Below the pieces are notes generated by a model that did not search any database, was not told where the DNA came from, and worked only from the letters and a program-made list of their open reading frames with translations. A stretch of 64,000 nt of DNA, from contig NW_027361731.1 of assembly GCF_039654945.1 (NCBI RefSeq), forward strand, positions 25,916,001 to 25,980,000, in the 5' to 3' direction. This document shows positions 1 to 12,740 of the stretch, piece after piece. Positions within the stretch are counted from its first letter, which is position 1. Each line of letters opens with the position of its first letter. This DNA comes from Dendrobates tinctorius. Its lineage: Eukaryota. The translations under genes were made by a program, and so were the position numbers.

Positions 1-2361
1 TACAAGAATATAACTACTATAATACTGCCCCCTATGTACAAGAATATAACTAGTATAATACTGCCCCTATGTACAAGAATATAACTACTATAATACTGGT
101 CCCTATATACAAGAATATAACTGCTATAATACTGCCCCCTATGTACATGAATATAACTACTATAATACTTCTCCTATGTACAAGAATATAACTACTATAA
201 TACTGCCCCCTATGTACAAGAATATAACTACTATAATACCGCCCCTATGTACAAGAATATAACTACTATAATACTGCTCCTATGTACAGGAATATAACTA
301 CTATAATACTGCCCCCTATGTACAAGAATATAACTACTATAATACTGCTCCCTATGTACAAGAATATAACTACTATAATACTGCCCTTATGTACAAGAAT
401 ATAACTACTATAATACTGCTCCTATGTGCAAGAATATAACTACTATAATACTGCTCCTATGTACAGGAATATAACTACTATAATACTGCCCCCTATGTAC
501 AAGAATATAACTACTATAATACTGCCCCCTATGTACAAGAATATAACTACTATAATACTGCTCCCTATGTACAAGAATATAACTACTATAATACTGCCCC
601 TATGTACAAGAATATAACTACTATAATACTGCCCCTATGAACAAGAAAATAACTGCTATAATACTGCCCCTATGTACAAGAATATAACTACTATAATACT
701 GCCCCTATGTACAAGAATATAACTACTATAATACTGCTCCTATGTACAAGAATATAACTACTATAATACTGCTCCTATGTACAAGAATATAACTACTATA
801 ATACTGCCCCTATGTACAAGAATATAACTACTATAATACTGCTCCCTATGTACAAGAATATAACTACTATAATACTGCCCCTATGTACAAGAATATAAAT
901 ACTATAATACTGCCCCTATGTACAAGAATATAACTGCTATAATACTGCCCCTATGTACAAGAATATAACTGCTATAATACTGCCCCTATGTACAAGAATA
1001 TAACTACTATAATACTGCCCCCTATGTACAAGAATATAACTACTATAATACTGCTCCCTATGTACAAGAATATAACTACTATAATACTGCCCCTATGTAC
1101 AAGAATATAACTACTATAATACTTCCCCTATGTACAAGAATATAAATACTATAATACTGCCCCTATGTACAAGAATATAACTACTATAATACTGCCCCTA
1201 TGTACAAGAAAATAACTGCTATAATACTGCCCCTATGTACAAGAATATAACTACTATAATACTGCCCCTATGTACAAGAATATAACTACTATAATACTGC
1301 TCCTATGTACAAGAATATAACTACTATAATACTGCTCCTATGTACAAGAATATAACTACTATAATACTGCCCCTATGTACAAGAATATAACTACTATAAT
1401 ACTGCTCCCTATATACAAGAATATAACTGCTATAATACTGCCCCCTATGTACATGAATATAACTACTATAATACTTCTCCTATGTACAAGAATATAACTA
1501 CTATAATACTGCTCCCTATGTACAAGAATATAACTACTATAATGCTGCCCTTATGTACAAGAATATAACTACTATAATACTGCCCCCTATGTACAAGAAT
1601 ATAACTACTATAATACTGCCCCTATGTACAAGAATATAACTACTATAATACTGCTCCTATGTACAGGAATATAACTACTATAATACTGCCCCCTATGTAC
1701 AAGAATATAACTACTATAATACTGCCCCCTATGTACAAGAATATAACTACTATAATACTGCCCCCTATGTACAAGAATATAACTACTATAATACTGCCCC
1801 TATGTACAAGAATATAACTACTATAATACTGCCCCTATGTACAAGAATATAACTACTATAATACTGCCCCTATGTACAAGAATATAACTGCTATAATACT
1901 GCCCCTATGTACAAGAATATAACTACTATAATACTGCCCCTATGTACAAGAATATAACTACTATAATACTGCTCCCTATGTACAAGAATTTAACTACTAT
2001 AATACTGCCCCTATGTACAAGAATATAAATACTATAATACTGCCCCTATGTACAAGAATATAACTACTATAATACTGCCCCTATGTACAAGAATATAACT
2101 GCTATAATACTGCCCCTATGTACAAGAATATAACTACTATAATACTGCCCCCTATGTACAAGAATATAACTACTATAATACTGCTCCCTATGTACAAGAA
2201 TATAACTACTATAATACTGCCCCTATGTACAAGAATATAACTACTATAATACTGCCCCTATGTACAAGAATATAACTACTATAATACTGCCCCTATGTAC
2301 AAGAATATAACTACTATAATACTGCCCCTATGTACAAGAATATAACTACTATAATACTGCC
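1..2361 (+). repeat. 35-bp minisatellite array (TATGTACAAGAATATAACTACTATAATACTGCCCC), left part
   Basis: Directly visible head-to-tail units of 34-36 bp; runs off the window start. Confidence 0.98.
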
Positions 2362-2397
2362 TCCTAGCTGTGAGGTTGTGTGTCAGTGGTTCTCCTG

Positions 2398-5056
2398 ATG
2401 TCTGGAGCAAGCCCAGGGAGGGGCCACCCTGGGCAGGGAAGCTCCCCAAGCAAGGCCCAGGCTTCCAGGCCTACACTGGGAGGAAACTCCCATCCTTCTC
2501 ATGTGGATGGAAATCCCAGAGTTGCCTCTGCTGGAAATAAACCTCAGAATGGAAGTCCCAGCAGCATGGAGAAAGATCCTGTGTTGAAGTTCAGCACAGG
2601 AAAGAAACAAGAGAAAGCTTTGTCTGTGTGCAAGGATGTTTCTGTTAAACAGTCGGCCAGTCAAGGCAAACAGTGTCCAGAGCCTGGAAGGAAATCCCAG
2701 AAGGCATCTTCTGCTGAGAACCTGAGTGTTGGAGGGCAGGTGGCTGCACAGAAGGTGAGGCAGAGTCCATCACCAGCTTCAGGTGTGCAGCTCACTCCAG
2801 GCAGACAGAGACGGACATCTCTGGAGAAGCAAACACTCCAGGAGAACCTTCAGCTGGGACATGTGGTGACCAGCATGGCGAGCTCTGGACGCACGAGGTT
2901 GCAGGCTGGTGGCAGTGGTAAAAGTGTTGCGGAGGCTGGAGCCACAAAACCAGCGACATTAAAAACCAACGTGTCAACCCCTAAAGCAAGACCCCAGAAG
3001 GAGCCGCCGCGTGCCCCGGAGCTACAGCTGGCAGAGGAGATACCAGGACTGGTCAGGAGGATGGGTGAGTTGCAGCAGCAGAGGAATCTTCTGCAAATAG
3101 AAATTGACTGCATTTACAAGGTGAAGGCTGCAAATCCTGGGGATCACTCCGTATGTGACCAGAGACTGAACGCACTGGGGGTAGAGCTGGCGACTGTGGT
3201 GCGGGACATAGACTGTGTGCTGGCGAGGATGGGGCCCCTGGCAGAGACTTATAGGAACCAGGAGCGGTTTAGGTCCTGCACGCAGGACTCTGCTGGTTCC
3301 CGCACAGACATTGTCCCAGGTGGGACCCGGCAGCAGGTACGGCCGGTGCTGCAGCCCGCTAGCTTCTGTTTTAAGGAGGGTCAGATACTGCACCAGCAGC
3401 CGCAACTACCTGCGGCAGACCCCAAGCAGGAGCAAGAGGCTCAGATCCCAGCAGTACCACAAGTCCCAGCATGCCCAGCACAACAGCAAGACAGTGGACA
3501 TGAGACTGCATCTACTGTTGGTGTCCAGGAGAGCACTAATTCTGGGGATATTGGTACTGTTCATGTGGGGTTGGGGGCTGAAGGGGGTACAGAGACTGTG
3601 GTGGACATTGCGCATCCTGATGACACTATTGAGATTGATGATGATGATAATAATGTGCAAAATGTCTGTGATTTCCCCCCTTTGGTTTCCAGCACACAAG
3701 GTGCAACAGGCCCCTCCGCTGCAGACCCTCGCCCTGTCAGTCAGCCCAGTGTGGCCCCACAGGTCCCTCCCAGTAATGTTTGGGGCCGCGGCGCTCCATC
3801 CTTTACCTCCAGCGCCAATTACACCGGGCAGGCTTTCAAAAGGAGGAATGTGGTGCGGTTCAGGCACAGAGGTGCCAAGGAGGATCTGCCAGAGAGGAGG
3901 CTGGTGGTCAGGGAGCTTCTGTGCCGCCAGATGGGGTTTGCGCCGGTTAATATCTTGGCGGTCATCAATCTGCCAGACAGACAGGGCTATGATATCAGCT
4001 TTAAGCTTATGTCTGATCTGGACAGATTCTGGGCCAATTTCCCCAAGTTCAGGGACGCTGATGGCTGGAATAAGTTCAGCTTCATTCCAATATCTAAGCC
4101 GGATACCGCCACGGTTAACATCATCTTTTGGAATGAGGCTGTTCCCCCGCAGGACATTGTGGTGTGGCTCCGGAGGCATTGTGACCATGTCTCCGACCTC
4201 ACCAAAAACAGGGATGAGGACGGAAATGGACCGGTGGATGGAAGGTGCTGGTGAAATTGCGCCAGCACAACAATATCACGGCTCACTTACCCAACTCCTT
4301 CTTTATCGGGAGGGAGAAGGGGGTTTGCTTCTACCCTGGGCAGCCACGAAAGTGTTTTAAGTGTGGTAAAGTGGGTCACCTGGCAAACACCTGTACCGTG
4401 GTAAAGTGCAGCCTGTGCGGGGAAGTCGGCCACTTAGCGGCAGATTGCCAGAACATCAAGTGCAACCTCTGTGGGGAGGTCGGCCACCCTCACAGGGACT
4501 GTCCAGATGCCTGGCACAATATATGCAAGCTCCTTCCTGATGAGGAGTTAGTGACAGGGACAGAGGCTCAGGAGGAGGAGGCTTTAATGTCAGGGACAGT
4601 ACTGACCAGGTCAGAGGTCCACCAGGGGTCCGCTCAGGTAACATCTGAGCAGCTTTGTACAGAGGGGAGCATGGAGGTCGTCCCTCAGGTCCAGCAGCCA
4701 CATGTAGCCACCACTTCAGTATCACCATCTCTAGCTGAAGAAAGTGGCTGTAATCAGGTAAAAAGGAAAAAAAGGACAAGGCCTCCCGTAAACCTGAGGA
4801 GGAGTATGTCACTAGCCAGGGTGGCAGGAAAAAAGTCCAGAGTTCGGCAGGTGTGATGGTCGTGTCCAATAAGTTTGATGTTTTGTCTGAGTCTGATGGG
4901 GACTTGGAGGAAGAGATAAAAAGAATAGAGACTGAGTATGACAGGGACGTAGCGGACCATCCCCCTACAAAACGGAAGCCCGTACCTGCTGACACTGAGA
5001 TACAGTCTGACATGGAGACCGGTGGTAGTCAGAACATCTGTGACCCAGACTTATGA
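2398..5056 (+). pseudogene. Tx1 ORF1 (gag-like, ZCCHC3-type zinc-knuckle protein) with two apparent 1-bp frameshifts
   Basis: First ATG at 2398. Frame breaks at ~4225 (DEDG/WTGGWKVLVKL continues in the -1 frame) and in the A-run at ~4760-4773. Knuckles CFKCGKVGHLANTC, CSLCGEVGHLAADC, CNLCGEVGHPHRDC; ends ...SNKFDVLSES...CDPDL*. Confidence 0.85.
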
Positions 5057-8000
5057 TGGCGGCTTTTACATCTCTGCTCCTCTGTTGTGGTATTGTGATG
5101 GCGGATTTCTCATTAAAAATAACATCCAGTAATGTGAACAGCATTAAGGTGAGGAGGACGAGGCACGCTGTCTATGACCATCTCCGATACCTGGACGCAG
5201 ATGTCATCTTTCTGCAGGAGACGCGGCTGACGACTCAGGGGCTCATGAGGGAGGCTGAGAGGGAATGGCGGTCTGGTCCCTCTTTTTGGTCATTGGCTGT
5301 GGAGTCGTACGCCGGGGTCGCCATTCTGTTTAACACCAGGGATGTGACAGTACATAGGATGACGGAGGTGGTTATGGGAAGGTGTCTGGTCCTGAAAGTC
5401 ACTGTCCATGGGAGGCGACTCCGGCTTATTAACATCTATGGGCCACAGACGGTGACTGACAGGATACAGTTATTTAATGATGTCAAGCCTTATCTGTTCA
5501 CCTCTCTTCCAGTGATAATGGCGGGGGACTTTAATGCCATACTGACATCAGGTGACAGCTCCTCAGGTAGAACCGTGACGAGGGATGGTAGGATCTTGAA
5601 TAACATAGTCCTGCAGGCCGGATTAGGGGACGTCTTTAAACGGGGAGGTCGAAAGCCAAAATTAAACTATTCCTGCTCCAATAGAGGCAGTAGAATAGAT
5701 CTGGCTTTTGTAAGTCCCATGGAAGTCATTGGTGCCATGAGTGAGAGAGTCGTCCCATACTCAGACCATCTTGCCCTATATTTCTGCCTGGGGGCCACTA
5801 AGCGAGCTGATGTTGGTAGGGGGTTATGGAGACTGAATTCCAGCCTCCTCCATGATGTCTCTGTCCAGAGTTGTGTCCACTCCCTTTTGCAGGGTCATCT
5901 ACAAAGAGTGGACTTCTATGACGACATGGCCGACTGGTGGGAGGACATCAAGGATGATATCAGATACCTCTTGAAGAGACTGTCAGTTAAGAAGGGCAGG
6001 AGTAAGTATAGCCAGTACCTAAGGCTGCGCAAAGAATTGGAGTCACTCTATTCGGAGGGCGGGGGTAACAAAGAGAAGATCGACCGGTTGAAATCTGAGA
6101 TAAGGCAGTATCAGTACAGCAGGTATACCTCCTTGGTTCTTGAACGGGATTATGGGGTTTTGGGGGCACCTGATCCCTTTGAGAATTGCCGGGAGCGGGT
6201 GGCCAATAAATTGGTCACAGGTCTCATTGACTCCCAGGGTGTATTGCAGGAATCTCGGGAGGGTATCCTGGGGGTTGTGAAATCTTATTATACTGACTTG
6301 TTTCAGAGGAAGGCTTTGGATAAACATAAAATGACTCAGTTCTTGGAGGCAACTCCAGCGCCTGATACTAATGATCTGGACTTTTCTCCTTTGACAGCAG
6401 AATTAACGGTGGAGGAGGTTAAGGAGGCCATTGATAAGTTACATCTGAAGAAGGCACCAGGTCCGGATGGTATAACAGCAGAATGTTATAAGATATTCAG
6501 AGACCTCCTGGCTCCAATTCTTGTGGATGTTTACAAAAATTGTCTAGAAAATCACCTGATGCCTCCATCCATGAGAGTGTCCTCATTAATTCTGCTGTCT
6601 AAAGGTAAGGAGCCGAGCGACATCAAGAACTGGAGGCCAATTGCCCTCTTGAATGTTGACAGGAAGATTCTGGCGAAGATCTTGTTTTCTAGGTTAGTCT
6701 GTTTGTCCCCGGCACTGTTGGTAGGCTCTCAGTTTGGCACGGTAAAAGGGCGGAACATCTCTGGAGCGGTCATCTCGATACGGGAGATGTTTGAGAGATG
6801 TAAAGCTCTGCGGTGTGGGAGATATGTTGTCAGTCTGGACCAGGCTAAAGCCTTTGACAGAGTTGATCATGATTATCTGTGGGCCACTTTGTCAAAGTAC
6901 GGTATTCCAGGACAATTTGTGGATTGGCTGAAGACTTTGTACAGAGAGGCGGTGAGCTTTCCTCTGATTAATGGTTGGCAGGGTGGCACTTTTGGAGTTG
7001 AGGCGGGGGTGAGACAGGGCTGCCCGCTGAGTCCACTCCTGTATGTTTTTGCCATAAACCCGTTTCTGAGGTCACTGCAGGAGTGTAACTTTTGGGGGGT
7101 GCCGGTCCCCCACTGCTTGCCTCTGAAGGTGGTTGCCTACGCGGATGATGTGACACTGGTGATATCTAATCCTCATGAGGTGCAGATGTTGTCTGCGGCC
7201 ATCAGAAGTTACTCAGAGGCCTCCGGGTCTCTGGTCAACCTTGAGAAGAGTCAAGCTCTGTGGACATTGCAATCTGACCCAGACTTTGATCTGCCGCAGT
7301 TTGTTAAGGCCTCCACCCATATTAAGATCTTAGGGGTTAAATTTGGGAGGGAAGATAATGCCAGCCTAAATTGGGAGGAAAAATTGGAGACCGGAAATGC
7401 AAAGGTTCAGCGATGGAAGAACTGGAGGCTGACTTACAGAGAAAGGGTTGCTATGTTGAAGACGTACCTGGTCCCCGTCTTCTTGTATGTCTCTGTCGTT
7501 TTTCCTTTGCCAGAATCCTTCTCGGCGAGGCTCCTCAGCCTGTTCTTCCAGCTCTTGTGGGGGAACAGGATGAACCTGATAAAGGGGGGAATAACGTACC
7601 TACGGCGGAGTGAGGGCGGGCTGGATATGTTAAATCCAAGGGTTTTCTTTGACTCCTTGTTTCTGAAAGTAAATTTTGGGAGCATGGATTCAAACAGTAG
7701 CTCCCTGTGGGCGAATAGTATCAGGTATTGGATATTGCCTTTTGCGGAATCTTGGGTGCGAGGCGGCAGTCTCAAGAGGAGGAGATGGACAGGTGACCAC
7801 CTCCCCCAGTATCTGGAATATGGTCTGAAGTGTGTTAGGAAGTGGGGACTGGAGAAGTCCTACATTGAGAGTAATACGAGGAAAGATCTGTGTGCTCATA
7901 TATGTAGGACTTTCTTCTACTCTCCACTGGCCCTAAGAGATTGTGCCACCAGGACCCTTCAGGACAGTCTCCGGTTCCTCAACGGGAGGCGACTTCCAGC

Positions 8001-8460
8001 AAAGTTTTTTGACATTGCTTGGCTGTCGCTACATGGGAAGCTCTTTGTGAGGGGGAACTTAAAATATTTAAGTGTTTTGGATCGGAACTGTCCCCTTGGT
8101 TGTCAGCAGGAGGAAACCATGGAGCATTTTATTTGTGATTGCTGGGGAGGTAGGGAAATATGGACGGAAGTATCGACCAAGCTGAAAATCCCCAGACTGC
8201 TGTCCCTGAAATACCCTGACATTATCTATGGAGTCCCATCCACTGACGGTAACATCGACAGGGGGACAATGTACCTGATCATTACCACCATTAAGTATCA
8301 CCACTGGCACATGAGAACCCGAGTGTCCCTCCACAGCGAGCCCTTCCATCCCGTCACCGCAGCCACAAAGATACTGTCCGAGCTCAGATGGATAAGAGCG
8401 ATAGAGATAAAGAAAAGTCAGAGTAATGAGAGACTATGGAGGAATGTGTCTGTGGGATAA
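5053..8460 (+). CDS. Tx1 ORF2: apurinic-like endonuclease + reverse transcriptase, 1135 aa, uninterrupted
   Basis: APE motifs NVNS, LQET, GDFN, RID, SDH; RT motifs KAPGPDG, WRPIALLN, DQAKAFDRV, GVRQGCPLSP, YADD, ILGV; C-terminal CPLGC..ETMEHFICDC. Confidence 0.96.
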   Translation: MMAAFTSLLLCCGIVMADFSLKITSSNVNSIKVRRTRHAVYDHLRYLDADVIFLQETRLTTQGLMREAEREWRSGPSFWSLAVESYAGVAILFNTRDVTVHRMTEVVMGRCLVLKVTVHGRRLRLINIYGPQTVTDRIQLFNDVKPYLFTSLPVIMAGDFNAILTSGDSSSGRTVTRDGRILNNIVLQAGLGDVFKRGGRKPKLNYSCSNRGSRIDLAFVSPMEVIGAMSERVVPYSDHLALYFCLGATKRADVGRGLWRLNSSLLHDVSVQSCVHSLLQGHLQRVDFYDDMADWWEDIKDDIRYLLKRLSVKKGRSKYSQYLRLRKELESLYSEGGGNKEKIDRLKSEIRQYQYSRYTSLVLERDYGVLGAPDPFENCRERVANKLVTGLIDSQGVLQESREGILGVVKSYYTDLFQRKALDKHKMTQFLEATPAPDTNDLDFSPLTAELTVEEVKEAIDKLHLKKAPGPDGITAECYKIFRDLLAPILVDVYKNCLENHLMPPSMRVSSLILLSKGKEPSDIKNWRPIALLNVDRKILAKILFSRLVCLSPALLVGSQFGTVKGRNISGAVISIREMFERCKALRCGRYVVSLDQAKAFDRVDHDYLWATLSKYGIPGQFVDWLKTLYREAVSFPLINGWQGGTFGVEAGVRQGCPLSPLLYVFAINPFLRSLQECNFWGVPVPHCLPLKVVAYADDVTLVISNPHEVQMLSAAIRSYSEASGSLVNLEKSQALWTLQSDPDFDLPQFVKASTHIKILGVKFGREDNASLNWEEKLETGNAKVQRWKNWRLTYRERVAMLKTYLVPVFLYVSVVFPLPESFSARLLSLFFQLLWGNRMNLIKGGITYLRRSEGGLDMLNPRVFFDSLFLKVNFGSMDSNSSSLWANSIRYWILPFAESWVRGGSLKRRRWTGDHLPQYLEYGLKCVRKWGLEKSYIESNTRKDLCAHICRTFFYSPLALRDCATRTLQDSLRFLNGRRLPAKFFDIAWLSLHGKLFVRGNLKYLSVLDRNCPLGCQQEETMEHFICDCWGGREIWTEVSTKLKIPRLLSLKYPDIIYGVPSTDGNIDRGTMYLIITTIKYHHWHMRTRVSLHSEPFHPVTAATKILSELRWIRAIEIKKSQSNERLWRNVSVG

Positions 8461-8656
8461 TAACATGATCGTGTTACTAAAAGTGTTTATTTCATATTCT
8501 TCCTTCCACAGGAGTGAACTCTAAGTTACCTTTATTCCTAATGTATTAATTTAGTTCTGTAATTATTGTCTGATGCATTCATGAGAATTTATGTTTTGTA
8601 TTAAGGAAGAATTCTGTTTATTTTAATTGTATTTGTTGGATTTATACAATAAAAAT

Positions 8657-11329
8657 TGCCCCTATGTACAGGAATATAACTACTATAATACTGCTCCTAT
8701 GTACAAGAATATAACTACTATAATACTGCTCCCTATGTACAAGAATATAACTACTATAATACTGCTCCCTATGTACAAGAATATAACTACTATAATACTG
8801 CCCCCAATGTACAAGAATATAACTACTATAATACTGCCCCCTATGTACAAGAATATAACTACTATAATACTGCTCCTATGTACAGAATATAACTACTATA
8901 ATACTGCCCCTATGTACAAGAATATAACTATTATAATACTGCCCCTATGTACAAGAATATAACTACTATAATACTGCCCCTATGTACAAGAATATAACTA
9001 CTATAATACTGCTCCTATGTACAAGAATACAACTACTATAATACTGCTCCTATGTACAAGAATATAACTACTATAATACTGCCCCCTATGTACAAGAATA
9101 TAACTACTATAATACTGCCCCCTATGTACAAGAATATAACTACTATAATACTGCCCCTATGTACAAGAATATAACTACTATAATACTGCCCCTATGTACA
9201 AGAATATAACTACTATAATACTGCCCCTATACAAGAATATAACTACTATAATACTGCCCCCTATGTACAAGAATATAACTACTATAATACTGCCCCTATG
9301 TACAAGAATATAACTACTATAATACTGCCCCTATGTACAAGAATATAACTACTATAATACTGCCCCTATACAAGAATATAACTACTATAATACTGCCCCT
9401 ATGTACAAGAATATAACTACTATAATACTGCCCCTATGTACAAGAATATAACTACTATAATACTGCCCCTATGTACAAGAATATAACTATTATAATACTG
9501 CCCCTATGTACAAGAATATAACTACTATAATACTGCCCCTATGTACAAGAATATAACTACTATAATACTGCTCCTATGTACAAGAATACAACTACTATAA
9601 TACTGCTCCTATGTACTAGAATACAACTACTATAATACTGCCCCTATGTACAAGAATATAACTACTATAATACTGCCCCTATACAAGAATATAACTACTA
9701 TAATACTGCCCCTATGTACAAGAATATAACTACTATAATACTGCCCCTATGTACAAGAATATAACTACTATAATACTGCCCCTATGTACAAGAATATAAC
9801 TACTATAATACTGGTCCCTATATACAAGAATATAACTGCTATAATACTGCCCCCTATGTACATGAATATAACTACTATAATACTTCTCCTATGTACAAGA
9901 ATATAACTACTATAATACTGCCCCCTATGTACAAGAATATAACTACTATAATACTGCTCCTATGTACAAGAATATAACTACTATAATACTGCCCCTATGT
10001 ACAAGAATATAACTACTATAATACTGCCCCTATGTACAAGAATATAACTACTATAATACTGCCCCTATGTACAAGAATATAACTACTATAATACTGCCCC
10101 TATACAAGAATATAACTACTATAATACTGCCCCTATGTACAAGAATATAACTACTATAATACTGCTCCTATGTACAAGAATATAACTACTATAATACTGC
10201 CCCTATGTACAAGAATATAACTACTATAATACTGCTCCTATGTACAAGAATATAACTACTATAATACTGCCCCCTATGTACAAGAATATAACTACTATAA
10301 TACTGCCCCCTATGTACAAGAATATAACTACTATAATACTGCCTCTATGTACAAGAATATAACTACTATAATACTGCCCCCTATATACAAGAATATAACT
10401 ACTATAATACTGCCCCTATGTACAAGAATATAACTATTATAATATTGCCCCCTATGTACAAGAATATAACTACTATAATACTGCTCCCTATGTACAAGAA
10501 TATAACTACTATAATACTGCCCCTATGTACAAGAATATAACTACTATAATACTGCCCCTATGTACAAGAATATAACTACTATAATACTGCTCCTATGTAC
10601 AAGAATATAACTACTATAATACTGCCCCCTATGTACAAGAATATAACTACTATAATACTGCCCCCTATGTACAAGAATATAACTACTATAATACTGCCTC
10701 TATGTACAAGAATATAACTACTATAATACTGCCCCCTATATACAAGAATATAACTACTATAATACTGCCCCTATGTACAAGAATATAACTATTATAATAT
10801 TGCCCCCTATGTACAAGAATATAACTACTATAATACTGCCCCTATACAAGAATATAACTACTATAATACTACTCCTATGTACAAGAATATAACTACTATA
10901 ATACTGCCCCCTATGTACAAGAATATAACTACTATAATACTGCTCCTATGTACAAGAATATAACTACTATAATACTGCCCCCTATGTACAAGAATATAAC
11001 TACTATAATACTGCCCCCTATGTACAAGAATATAACTACTATAATACTGCCTCTATGTACAAGAATATAACTACTATAATACTGCCCCCTATATACAAGA
11101 ATATAACTACTATAATACTGCCCCTATGTACAAGAATATAACTATTATAATATTGCCCCCTATGTACAAGAATATAACTACTATAATACTGCCCCTATAC
11201 AAGAATATAACTACTATAATACTACTCCTATGTACAAGAATATAACTACTATAATACTGCCCCCTATGTACAAGAATTTAACTACTATAATACTGCTCCT
11301 ATGTACAAGAATATAACTACTATAATACT
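8657..11329 (+). repeat. 35-bp minisatellite array, right part
   Basis: Same unit and orientation as 1-2361. Confidence 0.98.
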
Positions 11330-12740
11330 CACATTAATAATAATGTTATCTAGATAATTATTTACACGAGTTGATCAGAATGAGAATGAAAAAGTGATAT
11401 ATTATTTTTTTAAATATGTTTTTAATTCTTATGTCGTGATAGAAAAATAATTGAATCATATTCCCTCCGGTCTTTTGCTCTGGGGTTTTTGAGGGTCACA
11501 AAACCCAAGTTGAGCCTTTTGTTTTTGGGTTAATTGCAGGAATGAGCACATTCACAAGTCTTGACAGTTCATGATTTCTCCCTACATAACCAGATAATAG
11601 TAGTTTTCCTACAATAATCTCCTTTTTCTACAATGATCAGTGTATTTGGGTCTCAGCTACTGATTTTTACCCAGCACAGAGAGCAGCGTGAAGGGTCTCC
11701 ATGAAGGTGACGGGAAGGTGTGCGGGTGGCTGATGGGTGACCGTGAAGGTGTGCGGGTGGCTGATGGGTGTGCGGGTGGCTGATGGGTGACGGTGAAGGT
11801 GTGCGGGTGGCTGATGGGTGACTGTGAAGGCGTGCGGGTGGCTGATGGGCTCACACAGCTCATAGAAAGACAGCTGCCCGGCCTCATAGTCTACATAAAT
11901 CCTTATTCTCTGGCTGAGAACCTGATGCTGGTGGAGCATGGTCAGCTCCTGATTTTCCATCGCATAGTAATGATATTCGAGTCTGCGTAGGCACCAAGAC
12001 TTATTGCTACAACCCCTCTCCTGTAGGCCCCTCTCCGATCAATACTGGGGTACGTCATACCAACTCTCCAGGTCCCCTTTATACTGCTCTGTATTTCCCA
12101 GTCATGTGTGAACCCTGTCATTACTTATAACCTGGGAATTCTCAAATCTCCTTGGTGTCTGGACACGAGGTAGAGTCTTGTCTGAACTGAAGGCCATTTT
12201 TAGGTCTTGTGAAATGTCGATGTTGTTTCCAGCTGTTTCCACATCTAAATGAACCCAAAAAGTCCACCAATACTGCAATGGCACTTCCTTAACAATGTAC
12301 ATAAACCAAGAAGACAGTGTTTAGACTGACTCCTAATGAAGAGAACCATAAATGGATAACAAATAATTTTATTTAGCCTATTAAAATACATAAAATGCTA
12401 CCTGTATTCATTACAAACAAACATACCCCAGGGGAATAGCACAATACAGGATCACAAAAACCTCAAAAAAATGTTGGTAAAGTTCCCTTGAGCATACAAT
12501 ATATAAAATGGAATAATGAACAGGTCAATTTACATATAGACAGAGGGCCCAAAAAATCTTATTATCACTTGCCAACGGCATTAAATTACTAAAGTGCCCT
12601 TTTGTCCTATAGTTGACCATATGTAATAAAGTTATACCGCAATAAAATATATTGCAAATCGCATAAATGCCAATGATTTAAGAGAGGTGTACTTACTAAA
12701 GGGAAAAGAGGTGATTGTAGCCCGCAGTGATAACCCCGCG

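Larger units (their letters stand above)
2362..8656 (+). mobile_element. Tx1-clade (L1 superfamily) non-LTR retrotransposon, apparently full length, inserted in the 35-bp minisatellite
   Basis: Gag-like ORF1 with three CCHC knuckles, then ORF2 with APE endonuclease, RT and C-terminal CCHC; AT-rich 3' UTR ending CAATAAAAAT; minisatellite resumes at 8657. The 5' junction is ambiguous by about 5 bp. Confidence 0.92.

Noticed and set aside
3215-4360. 381-aa alternative-frame ORF in the Tx1 element
   Set aside because: Overlaps ORF1 in another frame in GC-rich sequence; no domain evidence.
1-11329. 35-bp repeats as a CRISPR array
   Set aside because: Units are contiguous with no unique spacers; eukaryotic context and no cas genes.
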